From contig NC_087447.1 in NCBI RefSeq assembly GCF_036321535.1, positions 44,890,001-44,950,000 of the forward strand: DNA of 60,000 nt. Direction: 5' to 3'. Numbering within the stretch: the first letter of the stretch is position 1; each line of letters begins with the position of its first letter. The position numbers and the translations under genes are program-made. Below, in pieces: positions 1-12,199 of this stretch. This stretch comes from Camelus dromedarius. Taxonomy: Eukaryota. The notes beneath the pieces were generated by a model. The model had not been told where the DNA came from, made no database searches, and was given only the letters and a program-made list of their open reading frames with translations.

Positions 1-14
1 ATTTTCATTTTTCG

Positions 15-400
15 ATTCCTGGGAATCAAGTCCCTTCATCTTTTCCCCTAAGAATCACTGAGGGACCACTTGTTGACTTCAGTAATGAATGTTTAATAAA
101 CAACTCTAAGCTTTCCCCCTAGACTCACAAACTTCACAGCGCAAAGAAGAGGCAGGTTACTCAGGCACACGCATCTCTGCTTCTCCTTCAACCGCGGAAG
201 TTTGGCTTCACCTTCCATTGCTCTGCTGACACGGCTGCTATCAAAGCAATGGGTGCACAAATGCTCAGCTGTCCTCTGACTTCTCAGCTGACACATGAGA
301 AAGGACCTAATGCGTAGCAGAAGAGAATTAACGTTCTCACTATGTAGGAGGTTAAGCACTGAAATGTGAATTTCGGTAAGATTAAGAGATTCTCCTGGAG
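15..400 (+). promoter_or_regulatory. Putative promoter and 5' non-coding exon of the OR52L-like locus
   Basis: O/E-like ATTCCTGGGAAT (15-26) and TCTCCTGGAG (391-400); homeodomain TAATGA (83-88); candidate donor G|GTAAGA at 376; pyrimidine tract plus CAG acceptor (AG 925-926) just before the ATG at 934. Confidence 0.45.
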
Positions 401-933
401 GTCTCAATAAAACAGATGTCACTGATACGTGAAGTTATCAGTGGATTTGAATCTGGAAGGAAAACAAAGGCCGGGAGATACGTACCAACCAGGCATTTCA
501 GATTTTGTACCTGCCACGGTCAGAATTTGGGGGCAATATTATAGTCATTGTTGATTTATAAAGAAGACAGTAGGAGTGAACTATAGATGCATAATCCACA
601 AGAACTGAGTCATTCCTGACTCTTTTAATACATGCATATACATATATACCCCCCCTTACATAGAAAAATACAATTATCTCACATTGTGTCTAAGACAGAC
701 CCATATACACAAACATATCCAGTTTCAAGGTTTTTGTTTTAATGCTAGGGAGGTTAAACACAGCACTATTTAATTGTTATTGTGGAGATGTTAGAAGCTC
801 TGAAGCATCATGATCAGATACAGGCGCAGCAAAAGTTTGAAACAGAGAAGCATTGGGAAAAAAGAAAATGTATCAGGAATAGAGAAATCATGATTTTGGT
901 TTCTTCTGCCTCTTCTTCCTTTCCAGGCTGTTG

Positions 934-1887
934 ATGATGGCTCTGAGTAATTCCAGCTGGAGGCTGCTCCAGCCTTCTTTTTTCCTGATTGGCATCCCAG
1001 GTTTAGAGGAAAGCCAGCACTGTATAGCATTGCCGCTGTGTGTCCTTTACCTCCTTGCCCTAGTGGGCAATGTCACCATCCTCTTCACCATCTGGACTGA
1101 CCCATCCTTGTACCAGCCTATGTACCTCTTTCTGGCCATGCTGTGTGGCATTGACCTGGTTCTGGCCTCCTCCACTGCCCCCAGAACCCTGGCAGTGCTC
1201 CTGGTTCATGCCCATGAGATTGGGTACATGGTCTGCCTGATGCAGATGTTCTTCATCCATGCGTTCTCTTCCATGGAGTCAGGTGTCCTTGTGGCCATGG
1301 CTCTGGATCGCTACATAGCCATCTGTCACCCTCTGCACCATTCCACCATCCTGCATCCAGGGATCATAGGGCGCATTGGAGTGGCAGTGCTGGTGTGGGG
1401 ATTACTCCTGCTCCTCCCCTTCCCCATCCTGCTGCAGAGACTTGTCTTCTGTCGGGCCACTGTCATAGGCCATGCCTATTGTGAACACATGGCTGTGGTA
1501 AAACTTGCCTGCTCAGAAACCACAGTGAACTGAGATTATGGGTTGGCAGTGGCATTGCTTGTGGTTGGTCTAGACATCCTGGCCATTGGTATTTCTTATG
1601 CCCACATCCTCCAGGCAGTGCTGAAGGTACCAGGGGTTGAGGCCCAACTTAAGGCTTTTAGCACATGTGGGTTTCATATTTGTGTCATCTTGGTCTTCTA
1701 TGTTCCTGGAATGTTCTCCTTCCTCACTTACCGCTTTGGCCATCATGTGCCCCATCACACCCATGTTCTTCTGGCCACACTCTACCTCCTTGTGCCACCT
1801 GCTCTCAATCCACTTGTCTATGGGGTAAAGACTCAGCAGATCCGCCAGCGAGTACTCAGGGTGTTATACATAAAAGGATGGGTCTAA
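934..1887 (+). pseudogene. OR52L1: Class I olfactory receptor OR52L-like pseudogene (single premature stop)
   Basis: ORFs 931-1533 and 1543-1887 are in one frame, split only by TGA at 1531-1533 (ETTVN*DYGL). Motifs: NSS glycosylation site, GN, QPMYLFL, MALDRYIAICHPLHH, HAYCEHMAVVKLAC, KAFSTC, PPALNPLVYGVKT. Resembles human OR52L1/OR52L2P as recalled. Confidence 0.9.
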
Positions 1888-3847
1888 CACATCCCAGTTA
1901 TTTTCTTCAGGGGCTCCTGCCAAAGACACTGCCAGGAGCCCATGGTTGGCCTTGGCCATGTGGATAGAGGTCATTCCACAGTGGGAAGTCCTCCTACTCG
2001 TAGGAGTCTTATGGCAAAGGACATCATGAGCACTTGGCTCCATAGCTGACTGGCATGTACCTGAGTAGCCGAATTTGTGAATATCTTCCCCATTCTTTCT
2101 TTTGCTCCTGATCCCAACACTTTTCTATTCCTTGTGTTGGAGGGATTATAGCTTGGGGAAAAGATGATAGCTTTGGATGTGTTGTTTTTTTCCTGCCTTC
2201 TTCCAATAACTGATCATTCAACATCATCTGGAATGGGAGTAAAAAGTCGTAACTTTTGCCAGGTTTTAGTTTCAGAGTGTCTTCAAACCCTCTAAGTTTG
2301 TGGTATGAGCTCTAGGTCATTGGGGTCTTATGTAGCAACAAGATCTCTATCAAAGCATTTGACACAGCCACAATGTAAGAAGACTCCTTTTGTTGCAGTA
2401 TGAGTGTTACTTATTTAAAATAAACAAGAGTGAAAGGCACTGTAATATATTCATAGGGTAGTAAGATATGATCTCTATTTCTAAGGAAGAAATATGTATG
2501 TCCACAGTGTATTTATTTTTTTAAAATCCAGTTTGTATTTTTAATTTATTCATATTTTTACTTAGGGTAAAGAGTGAATAAGACCAAGTATTGAATGTAT
2601 ATGTTTTGTGTCTTAATTTAACTAAGCAAAGCAGTTATGTAGAAAGCAAAGCAGCTATGTAATTATCAGTATCTGATAAACATAAAATTTGTTAGAGTCT
2701 GGTGTTGGTAAACATAGGTTTATTAATACATTTATAGTTATGCCACTTGAAAGAAGAATTTCTCTTTCTGAAATGTGGTTGTGGAGTGATCAATTAGACG
2801 TCGTCCCATTCCTGCTAACAGGAACTGGGAAAAAGCTTACAGGAGGATTGTCCCAGTTGGTTTGCTATCTCTTTGTTGGATGCTGCCTTGATATTGAGCC
2901 TAACTGTTTTCAGTCCCTAAAAAGTTACATTTTTTTTTCAGTCGTGAAGAAATAAAGTCATTGCTAAATTGAGGTAAGATGCTCAATTGATGAAAGGATC
3001 CTATCTGGGTATTCCATAAGGGTAGAAGGGGTGGAGTAGGTGGTTAGTGTTTCCAGTCTCCCCTTCTTTGTAAATTTTACTCCTAGTATATAGTTATCTG
3101 TTACAGAGACTAAGTATTAAGTCTTTAATTTTGTTGGCACGTATGGGTGAATTAGGGAGGACTGGAATGAGTCTTACTGTAGGAGGAATACACATTCTCA
3201 TCCCCTTGGTTCTAGGTCTGGGACTTCTACTCTGTTAAGCCTGACTGAAACCTGAGACAGAAATTAACTTGTATTTGGTGTAAACCACTGTGTTTTGGGA
3301 AATCTTTGTTGTAGCTGACTAACATAGCCTAAACAATATATGTTTCCATTTCAGATCTTCCAAGTAGGATATGTAATGTCTTTCAGAATTTCCTTTGAAA
3401 ATGTTTGCAGTTTTTGTTTATGTGTAAATAATTTATTTTACTCTCATTCAAATTTACTATCAAAAAATTGTTTGTCATTTTCTTATTTTATTTTCCTCTG
3501 TCTGCAATATATGCCCTATTTTATTCCTAGAGTGTTTATTGTGCCTTTTCTGTTTTCATTGATCACCCATGTTAAACATTTAATCAATGTTATTAAAATA
3601 TCAAAATTTAAAAATTGTATAGCCATTCAGCTAGATGGTAGCACTGGCTCCTTGGATTTAACTTTTCTTGTCTCTTCTGCTGATTTAGACTCCTTTACTT
3701 TTCCACCACCTCAAAGATGCATTAAAAAGAATATGAAAATATTATTACATATTTTATAAATGTCTTTTTTCATATCTTCACTTTTTGCTCTAGTAGATTA
3801 GTTTTTTGCTTATTTAGCACGATCCTTTCCTTTTGTGCTAGGTATTT

Positions 3848-4560
3848 TTCCAAAGAAGACACACAAATGGCTAACAGTTACATGAAAAGTTGCTCAATAG
3901 CATTAATTATCAGGGAAATGCAAATTAAAACCACAATGAGGTCTTACTTCATACCTATTTAAAATCTATCATCAAGAAGACAAGAAATAGCAGGTGCTGG
4001 GGAGGATGTGCAGAAGAGGAAACCCTGTGCACTGTTAGTAATGTAAACTGGTGCAACCACTTTGGGAATCTGTATGATGGCTCCTCAAAACATTAAGAAC
4101 AGAACTACGTATAATCCAGCAATCACACTTCTGGGTGTATAGCCAAAGGAAATGAAATTTCTATCTCAAATTGATATCTGCACCCCCGTGTTCATGGCAG
4201 CATGATTTACAATAGCCAAGAAAACCTGAGTGTTCATTGACTAATGGATAATGGAAATGTGGTTTATATACTATATATATGTGTTACTCATCTATAAAAA
4301 AAGGACATTCAGCTTTTGTAAGAACATGAATGGACCTTGAAGGCATTATACTAAGTGAAATAAGGCAGACAGAGAAAGACAAATACTGTATGTTCTCATT
4401 TAGATGTGAAACTTAAGAAACTGAACTAAACTAATAGACACAGAGAACAAATTAGTGGTTGACAGAGATGGAGTTTGAGGGTAGAGGAATTGGGCAAAGG
4501 TGGTCAAAGGTACAAACTTCCAGTTATAAGACAAGTCTGGAGATGTTAAAAAAGGGTAAC
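3848..4560 (+). mobile_element. LINE-1 3' fragment (ORF2 end and 3' UTR, L1MA-like)
   Basis: Typical L1 3' text: caaagaagacacacaaatggctaacag, agggaaatgcaaattaaaaccacaatgag, ctaagtgaaataaggcagacagagaaagacaaatactgtatg, ggtcaaaggtacaaacttccagttataag. Confidence 0.85.
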
Positions 4561-5019
4561 TTTGGGAGAGAGTGAGGAAGTGAATCATGTTTTCCGTCCA
4601 ACATCTTGAATCAGAATTATTATAATTTTAGTTGAATTTTGTGATATTACTTGTGTTGTACATACCTTCCATATTATACTTGACTCCAGGAAGATAGTAA
4701 TAGTCTCGTATGTTTAATTTACTTCTCAATACTAAGTGACTTACTCCTCAACAGAACAAACATCCTCAATAATTATTTGTAATATGATTCAATTAATGCA
4801 TAAACTTGATACCTTTGCAGTGAGTACCTCCTTTTTTCTTTTATTATTTTTTTTTGATGATTTTCTGTTTAAGACTAGGAGGACAGATTCCCCATCCTAG
4901 AATTTGATGCTCTCACCTGACAGAGACAGGGTGCCTCTTTGAGAGAAGCTCAGGAGTGCTTTTGGAGGTTGAAGGTGGAGATTTTTCACTCTTTAACCCC
5001 TGTGCATTCCCAGCAGTAG

Positions 5020-5387
5020 TAAAAGCCCATGAGGAATAAACGAGGGATTAAAGTAGTAATAGTTAGAACCTAATACATTCCATATGCACAGCCCTCTGGT
5101 AAGTCATGAGTGGAAGGTATACGTGGGACCAGAGGACAAAGAGAAGGCCATCAATCTCATTCTCTTAATTCTAGACCTTAGGATCCCTTTCCTACTCCCT
5201 CCCCTGACCCACATTGGTGAGATTTGATTTGAAAATTCGTCTCCAAGAACATTTACCTAGTCATCTGCAAGGCGATTTGCAGAATCCCCAGAAATAGATG
5301 AAGTCCTTGAAGAATGTAAAATGCGAAAGGAAAAATGACTGACCCTCAGGTTTCTTTCTGGGATCACAGGCCCTTAGGCAGGTGAGT
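5020..5387 (+). promoter_or_regulatory. Putative promoter and first non-coding exon of the OR56A1-like gene
   Basis: O/E-like sites (CCCATGAG 5026-5033, ACCTTAGGAT ~5175, ATCCCCAGAA ~5284, CCCTTAGGC 5371) ending in consensus donor CAG|GTGAGT at 5382; acceptor AG candidates at 9021-9022 and 9029-9030 before the ATG. Confidence 0.5.
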
Positions 5388-5814
5388 TTATAATATTTTA
5401 ATATAAAGCGAAAGAGAGTCCATCTCTGACCTTACAGGTCCTCCGGGCAGGCAGTGAATCAGACAGGTTGGAACATGCTTCCTACTCTTGAGACTCAACA
5501 GCCCCACCCACTACTTCAACAGTCTTTGTCCAAAAAATGACCCTTCTTCCCATAAAGAAAAGCAAGAAAGGGAGAGGAAAGGGGGAAAGACAGAGCAGGA
5601 GTACGCACTGCTGTTATTTCCGCCTTGCAGTGAGAAGAAAAGCCTTCCTTCATGGAAGTGGAAGTGAAGGAAATAAGTTTCTTCCCTAATAGGCAGTGTG
5701 CAGGCTACTTTCACATTCTTTGGGTGAGGCTGATAATGTTACATGAAGGTTAGAAAATGTGGAGAGGGGCAGGGAACATTTTTGTGCTGGGTCCTAAATT
5801 ATGTCAATGAATTT

Positions 5815-6470
5815 CAAAAGATAAAAACCAACACATAATTAAACTGGAAATCAATAATAATGAGATGTCATGATAAGTCCCTGATGCTTGGAAATTAAAC
5901 AAAATACATATAAATAATCCATGATTCAAATAGGAAATTAGAGAATATTATAAAATATTTCAAACTAATTGATAATGATACACAGTAAAAGTTGTGGAAT
6001 GAAGAGAAAATATTTCAAACTAATTGATAATGACTTGTAGAAGTTGTGGGATGCAGCTAAACTAGAGGGAAATGATACTTTTTAATGTTTATATTAGAAA
6101 AGAATGAAGATTTAATATCAATTATTTAAGTTGACAACTTAAGGTGTTAGAAAATGAATAAATTAAGCAAGAGTAAATAAAAGTAAGGAATTAATAAAGA
6201 TATTAGCAAAGTATTATTGAAAGCAGAAACAATAGGAAAATTAGCAAAACGACAAAAACAAGGTTGATTCTTTGGAAAGATTAATAACATTAATAAAATC
6301 CTGGTAAGATTTTAGAAAAAAATCTTAATTTCTTTTTCTTTAGAAAGAAAAAAAGAAGTGCAAAGGATCAATATGATGATTGAAGAAGTTATTATACAGA
6401 CCATACTAGATATTAGAAGGGTAATAAAGGAATGATACAAACAACTTTAAGCCAATAAAACCAATTTACT
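5815..6470 (+). mobile_element. Old LINE-1 ORF2 fragment
   Basis: A-rich, degenerate ORF2-like text (aaactggaaatcaataat, tgggatgcagctaa, ttctttggaaagattaataa); contains a ~55-nt tandem duplication (cores 5952-5978 and 6007-6033). Confidence 0.7.
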
Positions 6471-6583
6471 TATGAGATTTTAGGACACGCAAGTTATGTG
6501 AATTCCAGCCCCCAGGCATCGTAAGTGCAGACTTGTGATTAGTACTTCTCAAAGGATAGTCTTTCTTTTCTCAAGGAAAATCT

Positions 6584-6752
6584 TCCCTTCCCCTCCCTTT
6601 CCTTCTCTTCCCTTACCTTCCCCTCCCCTCCCCTCCCCTCCCCTCCCCTCTCCTCCTCTTCCTTTCCCTTCCCTTCCCTTCCCTTCCCTTCCCTTCCCTT
6701 CCCTTCCCTTCCCTTCCCTTCCCTTCCCTTCCCTTCCCTTCCCTTCCCCTCT
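6584..6752. repeat. (CCCTT)n/(CCCCT)n polypyrimidine microsatellite
   Basis: Visible pentanucleotide array; explains the low-complexity ORFs 6535-6780 and 6613-6798. Confidence 0.97.
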
Positions 6753-9060
6753 CTTCCATTTTTCTTCTTCTGTTTGGTAAAGGAGAAAAAAAAATCATAC
6801 AGTCAGTTTGACTGATTTTACTTTAACTTCATCATCACAAACCCCCAAGGGATACTAAAAAATATCTGTGACTGAAATAATCAGCCACTCAGAAAAGTGG
6901 TTCTAAGTACACTGAAGAGGTAGGAAGGAGTCAGAATATGTATGACCTTCAATTAATTAAGTAAAAATGTGTTGATTCTACTACATTCCAAATACTGTGT
7001 GAGACACTATACTAATGAGGAACAAAATCAACATGGATCTAATGCTCATTGAAGCTAAGAGCCCAGTTCATGTGTAGTCCTGAGTAGTCTATATTATGAG
7101 AACTGGTTTTATTTTATGAACAATGGGAGGCTACTGATACTATAACGTAATGTTTGCATAATAGAAACTTGATGAGGGCAGAGACCTTAACTACTTCATT
7201 CAACTTTTTATCCCTGTGACTATTCTAGTGTTGGACATATGGTTGGCAATAAATATTTATTGAATACTGAGGTTTACACAGGATAAATTAGCTGCCCAAA
7301 TTCATGCAGATATCAACAGCAGAGTTGAATTCAGGATAATATAAAAAGCGGGAAAGAGTACAGTTTTGTTAAGAAATTCTGGAAAGTTTTAATATAACAT
7401 TTCAGGATTTTGAAAGTGGTATAAAGTAATGTTTAAGAGGATGGTCTGTGAAGTTCAGCAGATAGATATAGATTTGAACTTCAAGTCCATTTCAAATACT
7501 GTTTCCCACCTCTTAACTACCAACTAATAGCACCTTAACATAAAGTTAAGAGGGAGGTTCCCAAGAGATCCAGCTCATCAGCCACAGGGTCCCAGTATCT
7601 CAGACTATTACTGTTCCCAGCTGGCTTGGAGAAGAGGGTGGAACAGTGTGAGTAGTTGACTGCAGATCATAAAACTCTCTAGATTTTTTCAGCAGAGCCA
7701 AGGAAGCAGTGGGAGTTCTGGTTACTGGATGCAGACAGCTGACTCCTTTAGATATCCTTTTCCTCTTCTGGTTCCTTAAGTTTGAGTGTGAAAGAAAGAG
7801 AAAGAGAGAGATTTGGTATCTTTGTCCAAAACTGAAAGTACAGTCTTTCTACCAAATGGGGATGTGGGATAGATAGAGTTTATTGAGAGATGAGAGACTT
7901 GTCTTAATATTTTGAATACCCACAGGAAGGATGTACAGAGGGAAAGATTGAATACATAGCAGATGGAATGAATAATAGGTCAAATTTCCTAAGAAGATCA
8001 GGGTAGATAGACTCCACATCAGAGATGAAGAGACTGGAATTAGGAGGAGGGATAGATATTCGTGTATACCAGAGGCGAAGAGGAGAGCAGGGGTATAGGC
8101 ATTGACAGGTTTATGAGAAACTTGAGGAACTCGCATCTAATAGTCTCTGCTGTCTTTGTGACACACTTGAAGAGGTCATCTTCTGAGAGAGGATTTAGAA
8201 TTTAAAAAGAATTTAGAAAATTTGAAAAATTGCTTGCAGTGGGTGAAAGAGTGAATTAACCAGAGGTTATTATAATGGACTTACCCATGAAGTGCTCATG
8301 TGAGGTTGGTGATCATAAATATTAACGAGAACAGTTTGCCTTTGAGCATAACATTCTCTATAGGAACATTGAACTGTGTTTGTGCAGGCTTAAATTAAGT
8401 TTGTCCAGGGTGGACTGTGCCTGAGGAACAGTAAGTCAGAATGACAGGGGAGCCTTGGAGATCCTCTTTGTATTTAATCAGTATTTACTTCTTTTTTCTA
8501 CTTTATCATAGGATTGGAAGTATATCATAAATTTTTCCATCTCCAGTTTACTTTTGGGTGTGATAAAAAGTGAGGAAAACTAATTTTTTAATGACTAACA
8601 AATTATGTCAGCAATATTCACTAAAAAGACCTATGGTTAAATATGATTTTATAACATCTTTATTAATTCTCGATTACTCTGTAAACTATGAGCATTTCTG
8701 GCTTATGGGTTCTATGATTGACCAATTTGCTTTTGTCAGTATCATTTGGACAAATTTTTATAGCTTTACAGTGTGTTTTAATGAGGTAATTCTCATTTTT
8801 CCTTCTGAACCTTGTCCCTTGTTTTTCTTATTTGTTTTTCCAAATTGTTTTTAGAAATAATTTGCCAAGCCCTTCTCCCATTCACATATATCTCTACTGA
8901 ACTTTGCCTTCGTTTGGGATTGTTCTTCTATATATCATCAGTTTTCTGGGTGAGTAAGGGTTAGCTAGTATTTTGACATTTTTGTTTCCTGTTGGCCTGA
9001 TTTCCTGTTTCTTACCATACAGAAGCCCAGGTGAAATCTCCTCAGTTTAGGATTTATTTC

Positions 9061-10005
9061 ATGACATCACCCAGCAACTACTCTTCTGCTCCAGTCTCTG
9101 AATTCCTCCTCATTTGCTTCCCTAACTACCAGAGTTGGCAGCACTGGCTGTCCCTGCCCCTCACCCTCCTCTTCCTCCTGGCCATGGGGGCCAATGCCAT
9201 CCTCCTGATCACCATCTGGCTGGAAGAATCTCTGCATGAGCCCATGTACTACCTGCTCAGCCTCCTCTCCCTGCTGGACATGGTGCTCTGTCTCACCGTC
9301 ATCCCCAAGGTCCTGGCCATTTTCTGGTTTGACATCAGGTCCATCAGCTTCTCTGCCTGTTTCTTCCAGATGTTCATCATGAACAGTTTCCTCCCCATGG
9401 AGTCCTGCACATTCATGGTCATGGCCTATGACCGCTATGTGGCCATCTGCCATCCACTACGATACCCATCCATCATCACTGGCCAATTTGTGGCCAAGGC
9501 TAGTGCTTTCATCATAGCTCGAAACTCTTTGCTGCTTTCACCTGTTCCCATTCTCTCTGCCCAGCTCCGCTATTGTGGGAAAAATGTCATTGAGAACTGC
9601 ATCTGTGCCAACCTGTCTGTGTCCAGGCTCTCCTGTGACAATTTCTCCCTGAACAGAATCTACCAATTTGTGGCTGGTTGGACCTTACTGGGCTCAGATT
9701 TCCTCCTCATCTTCCTCTCCTACATCTTCATCCTAAGAGCTGTTCTGAGGTTTAAGGCCGAAGGGGCTTTAGTCAAGGCTCTGAGCACATGTGGCTCCCA
9801 CTTTATTCTCATCCTCTTCTTCAGCACCATCCTGCTGGTTGTGGTGTTGACAAATGTGGCCAGAGGGAGGATCCCCATGGACATCCCGATCCTGCTCAAT
9901 GTCCTTCACCACCTCATACCCCCTGCCTTGAACCCTATTGTATATGGATTTCGAACCAAAGAGTTAAAACAGGGGTTTCAGAAGTTGTTACAGAGGGGGC
10001 TTTAA
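9061..10005 (+). CDS. OR56A1: Class I olfactory receptor, family 56A (OR56A1-like), 314 aa, intact
   Basis: ATG 9061 to TAA 10003-10005 uninterrupted. Motifs: [61 protein letters not shown]-terminal half (LNRIYQFVAGW, LVVVLTNVAR, PMDI, KLLQRG) fits human OR56A1 as recalled. Confidence 0.93.
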   Translation: MTSPSNYSSAPVSEFLLICFPNYQSWQHWLSLPLTLLFLLAMGANAILLITIWLEESLHEPMYYLLSLLSLLDMVLCLTVIPKVLAIFWFDIRSISFSACFFQMFIMNSFLPMESCTFMVMAYDRYVAICHPLRYPSIITGQFVAKASAFIIARNSLLLSPVPILSAQLRYCGKNVIENCICANLSVSRLSCDNFSLNRIYQFVAGWTLLGSDFLLIFLSYIFILRAVLRFKAEGALVKALSTCGSHFILILFFSTILLVVVLTNVARGRIPMDIPILLNVLHHLIPPALNPIVYGFRTKELKQGFQKLLQRGL

Positions 10006-10254
10006 ATGCACAGAAAGGGACTCTCTATGGAAGAACCTATTACAATTTCTTCTGTTTCTATTTGAGGATGTGTGATTGTAGAAAGGAAAATAATGCTTGG
10101 ATAGTGAGCATTTCCTACCCACCTTCTGTCCTTCCAGGCTCAGGAATTACTGTGGATCTCTTAGTAACTGACCAGATCCATTTGCCTAGTTTGGGTAACT
10201 AACTTTCTCAGGTACCTACCTTTGTGTCTAAACATTTACATATTTAAATCATCT

Positions 10255-10400
10255 CACCTTCATGAAAATTTGGCAGGGCAGGGATTATTGTTTCACTTTA
10301 TATATTAGAAAGCAAAAATGGAGAACTGTTGACAAAAGTCACATCTGGTGAGTGATGGGGCTTCAATTCAAGTACAGGTCTGTCTGACTCCAGAGCCTTC
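10255..10400 (-). mobile_element. MIR SINE fragment
   Basis: MIR-like core: aagtcacatctggtgagtgatggggcttcaattcaagtacaggtctgtctgactccagagcc. Confidence 0.6.
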
Positions 10401-11702
10401 CATGACATAGCACTCCTTCCTCAGATACCACTGAAGCTCTAGCTCTGCTCTTCAGGCCATGATCTCTGTGCCATTTTTGTGAACCTGCTGCTTCCAATAT
10501 GCATCTTGTCTTTAGGTCTTGTCCCTTCAGAGTCAGGAAGAACTAAGCAGAGGCACAGAACTCAGAGAGGTCACCATCTTTTTCTGATCATGATGGTCCA
10601 GCTTCTATTAAAAAAGAGTAATAGTCGTAATAGTACTGCTTATGTCCAACAGAATCCTCACATACCTTCAAACTCTTTATGAGAAGTCCAGGACACCAAG
10701 AACCCAGGTGAAGGGAGAAGTGGGGAATGAGAAGATCAGTAATGTAGGAAGTGATAAAACTGACTGTGGTGGTGTAGGGGACATTCTGTTTACTCAAAAC
10801 CAGGTGCTATATTGTCTAGGACTGCATGCAAAAACCTCAAATGAGGAACATATAAGTTTGGCATATGCTAAAATTTCTGGATGTCACAATCTGGTGAAAA
10901 TAGGTGAGGAAACATAATATATTATTGTAATTGGTAGGCAGTGATATCATTATTGAAATGTAGTAGGGAATTTAGGGTTGGAGCTCATCCAGTTGCTTTA
11001 CCCAAGGTCAAACATGATTCTTATTTGCAAAATTTCATAGACTGAAAGCAAGAGCCACTCTATTAAGAGGTCCTTAAGCACTGGTTCTGGTCAGCAGATT
11101 CCAAAATTCTTAAAGGCCTTTGAAATGTAGAGAGATCTAATCCCTTGCTTTCAACAAATAGGATCTTTGTTTTTCAAATGTATCTTGACTGATAAATTGC
11201 AAATACTGGATTTGAAAAGGTATGTATTATATGGCATCTGAGTCTAAAAATTTGGTGAAAGGTGGAGAGCTGGGGAGCTCCTTGATTTCTTTAACTGCAA
11301 AGTGCATGAAAAAAGTAGTGAAAAAGTATTTTAAAGAAATTTCTTTGAAGAATGAGCAAAACTTGGTTATCTGTTGGGTGTGTGAGGAGAGAAGGACAAT
11401 TATATTCTCATGCTGAAACTTCTGTGGGTTTTATCATCTCCAGTCTTTGGCTATTCAAGGAATATTAGCATAAGGTTCTCTTTGTATGAATGAAGACAGA
11501 GATTGGGCTCCCCAGGCTAAAAACATAATTAACCTGGAGGTTTGGTCATGTAGCTATCTTTGCTTAGCCCCTTAACCTTGTGAATACAAGATTCATAGTT
11601 ACATGTTCTTCCCTGAGACACTTATATTAATTCTGAGTACATATCATATTGTCTCCACACACAAGGAAGAAAATTTTGGTGGACACTTCACTTAAAAATA
11701 AA

Positions 11703-11852
11703 GGGCAAAGGTATAGCTCAGTGGTAGAGTGAGGGCTTAGTCTGCACAAGGTCTTGGTTTCAATCCCTATTACCTTAAACAAACAAACAAACAAACAAAC
11801 AAAAAACAAACAAACCTAATTATCTTGCCTCCCCCCAGAATTAAAAAAATAA
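11703..11852 (+). mobile_element. Short tRNA-derived SINE of camelid type (vic-1-like)
   Basis: A box TAGCTCAGTGG (11714-11724), degenerate B box GGTTTCAATCC (11756-11766), (AAAC)n linker and A-rich tail. Confidence 0.85.
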
Positions 11853-12199
11853 ACCTAAGTGCCATTCTTAATCTTGAAGGTCCTGAATTAGTCACATCTC
11901 ACTTGATTTCCCATTTCTATAAACCACTGCCCTTCCTCCAGTCTTAAAATCTATTTTCTTCAAATTTCTTAGGTATATTTTAGATTCTCCAAGTCATTGT
12001 AACCTCAGCAACCCCCAGAAGTGTATTCCCTTTTGTTGTGGGACATAGTCCTCCTAAGATGCTAATGCTTCAGATGGAAAACCTATCTTCTCCAGCTGCG
12101 GGGAGAGTAGAAGGCTCATGCAGTTACAAATCCAACCCTCGACTCAGTGAGGTGTCAAAAGTTGGATGGTGCGTTCATCAACTTGTCCAGCATGATTGT

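Noticed and set aside
3340..3759. 139-aa hydrophobic ORF
   Set aside because: T-rich low-complexity sequence with no OR or other motifs.
9031..9060. N-terminal extensions in the ORF track (9031, 23488, 931)
   Set aside because: GTG/TTG starts; the family-consistent ATGs are 9061, 23470 and 934/937.
11703..11790. tRNA-like sequences here and at 17741-17818
   Set aside because: No proper acceptor stem; A-rich tails and a TSD mark them as tRNA-derived SINEs, not tRNA genes.
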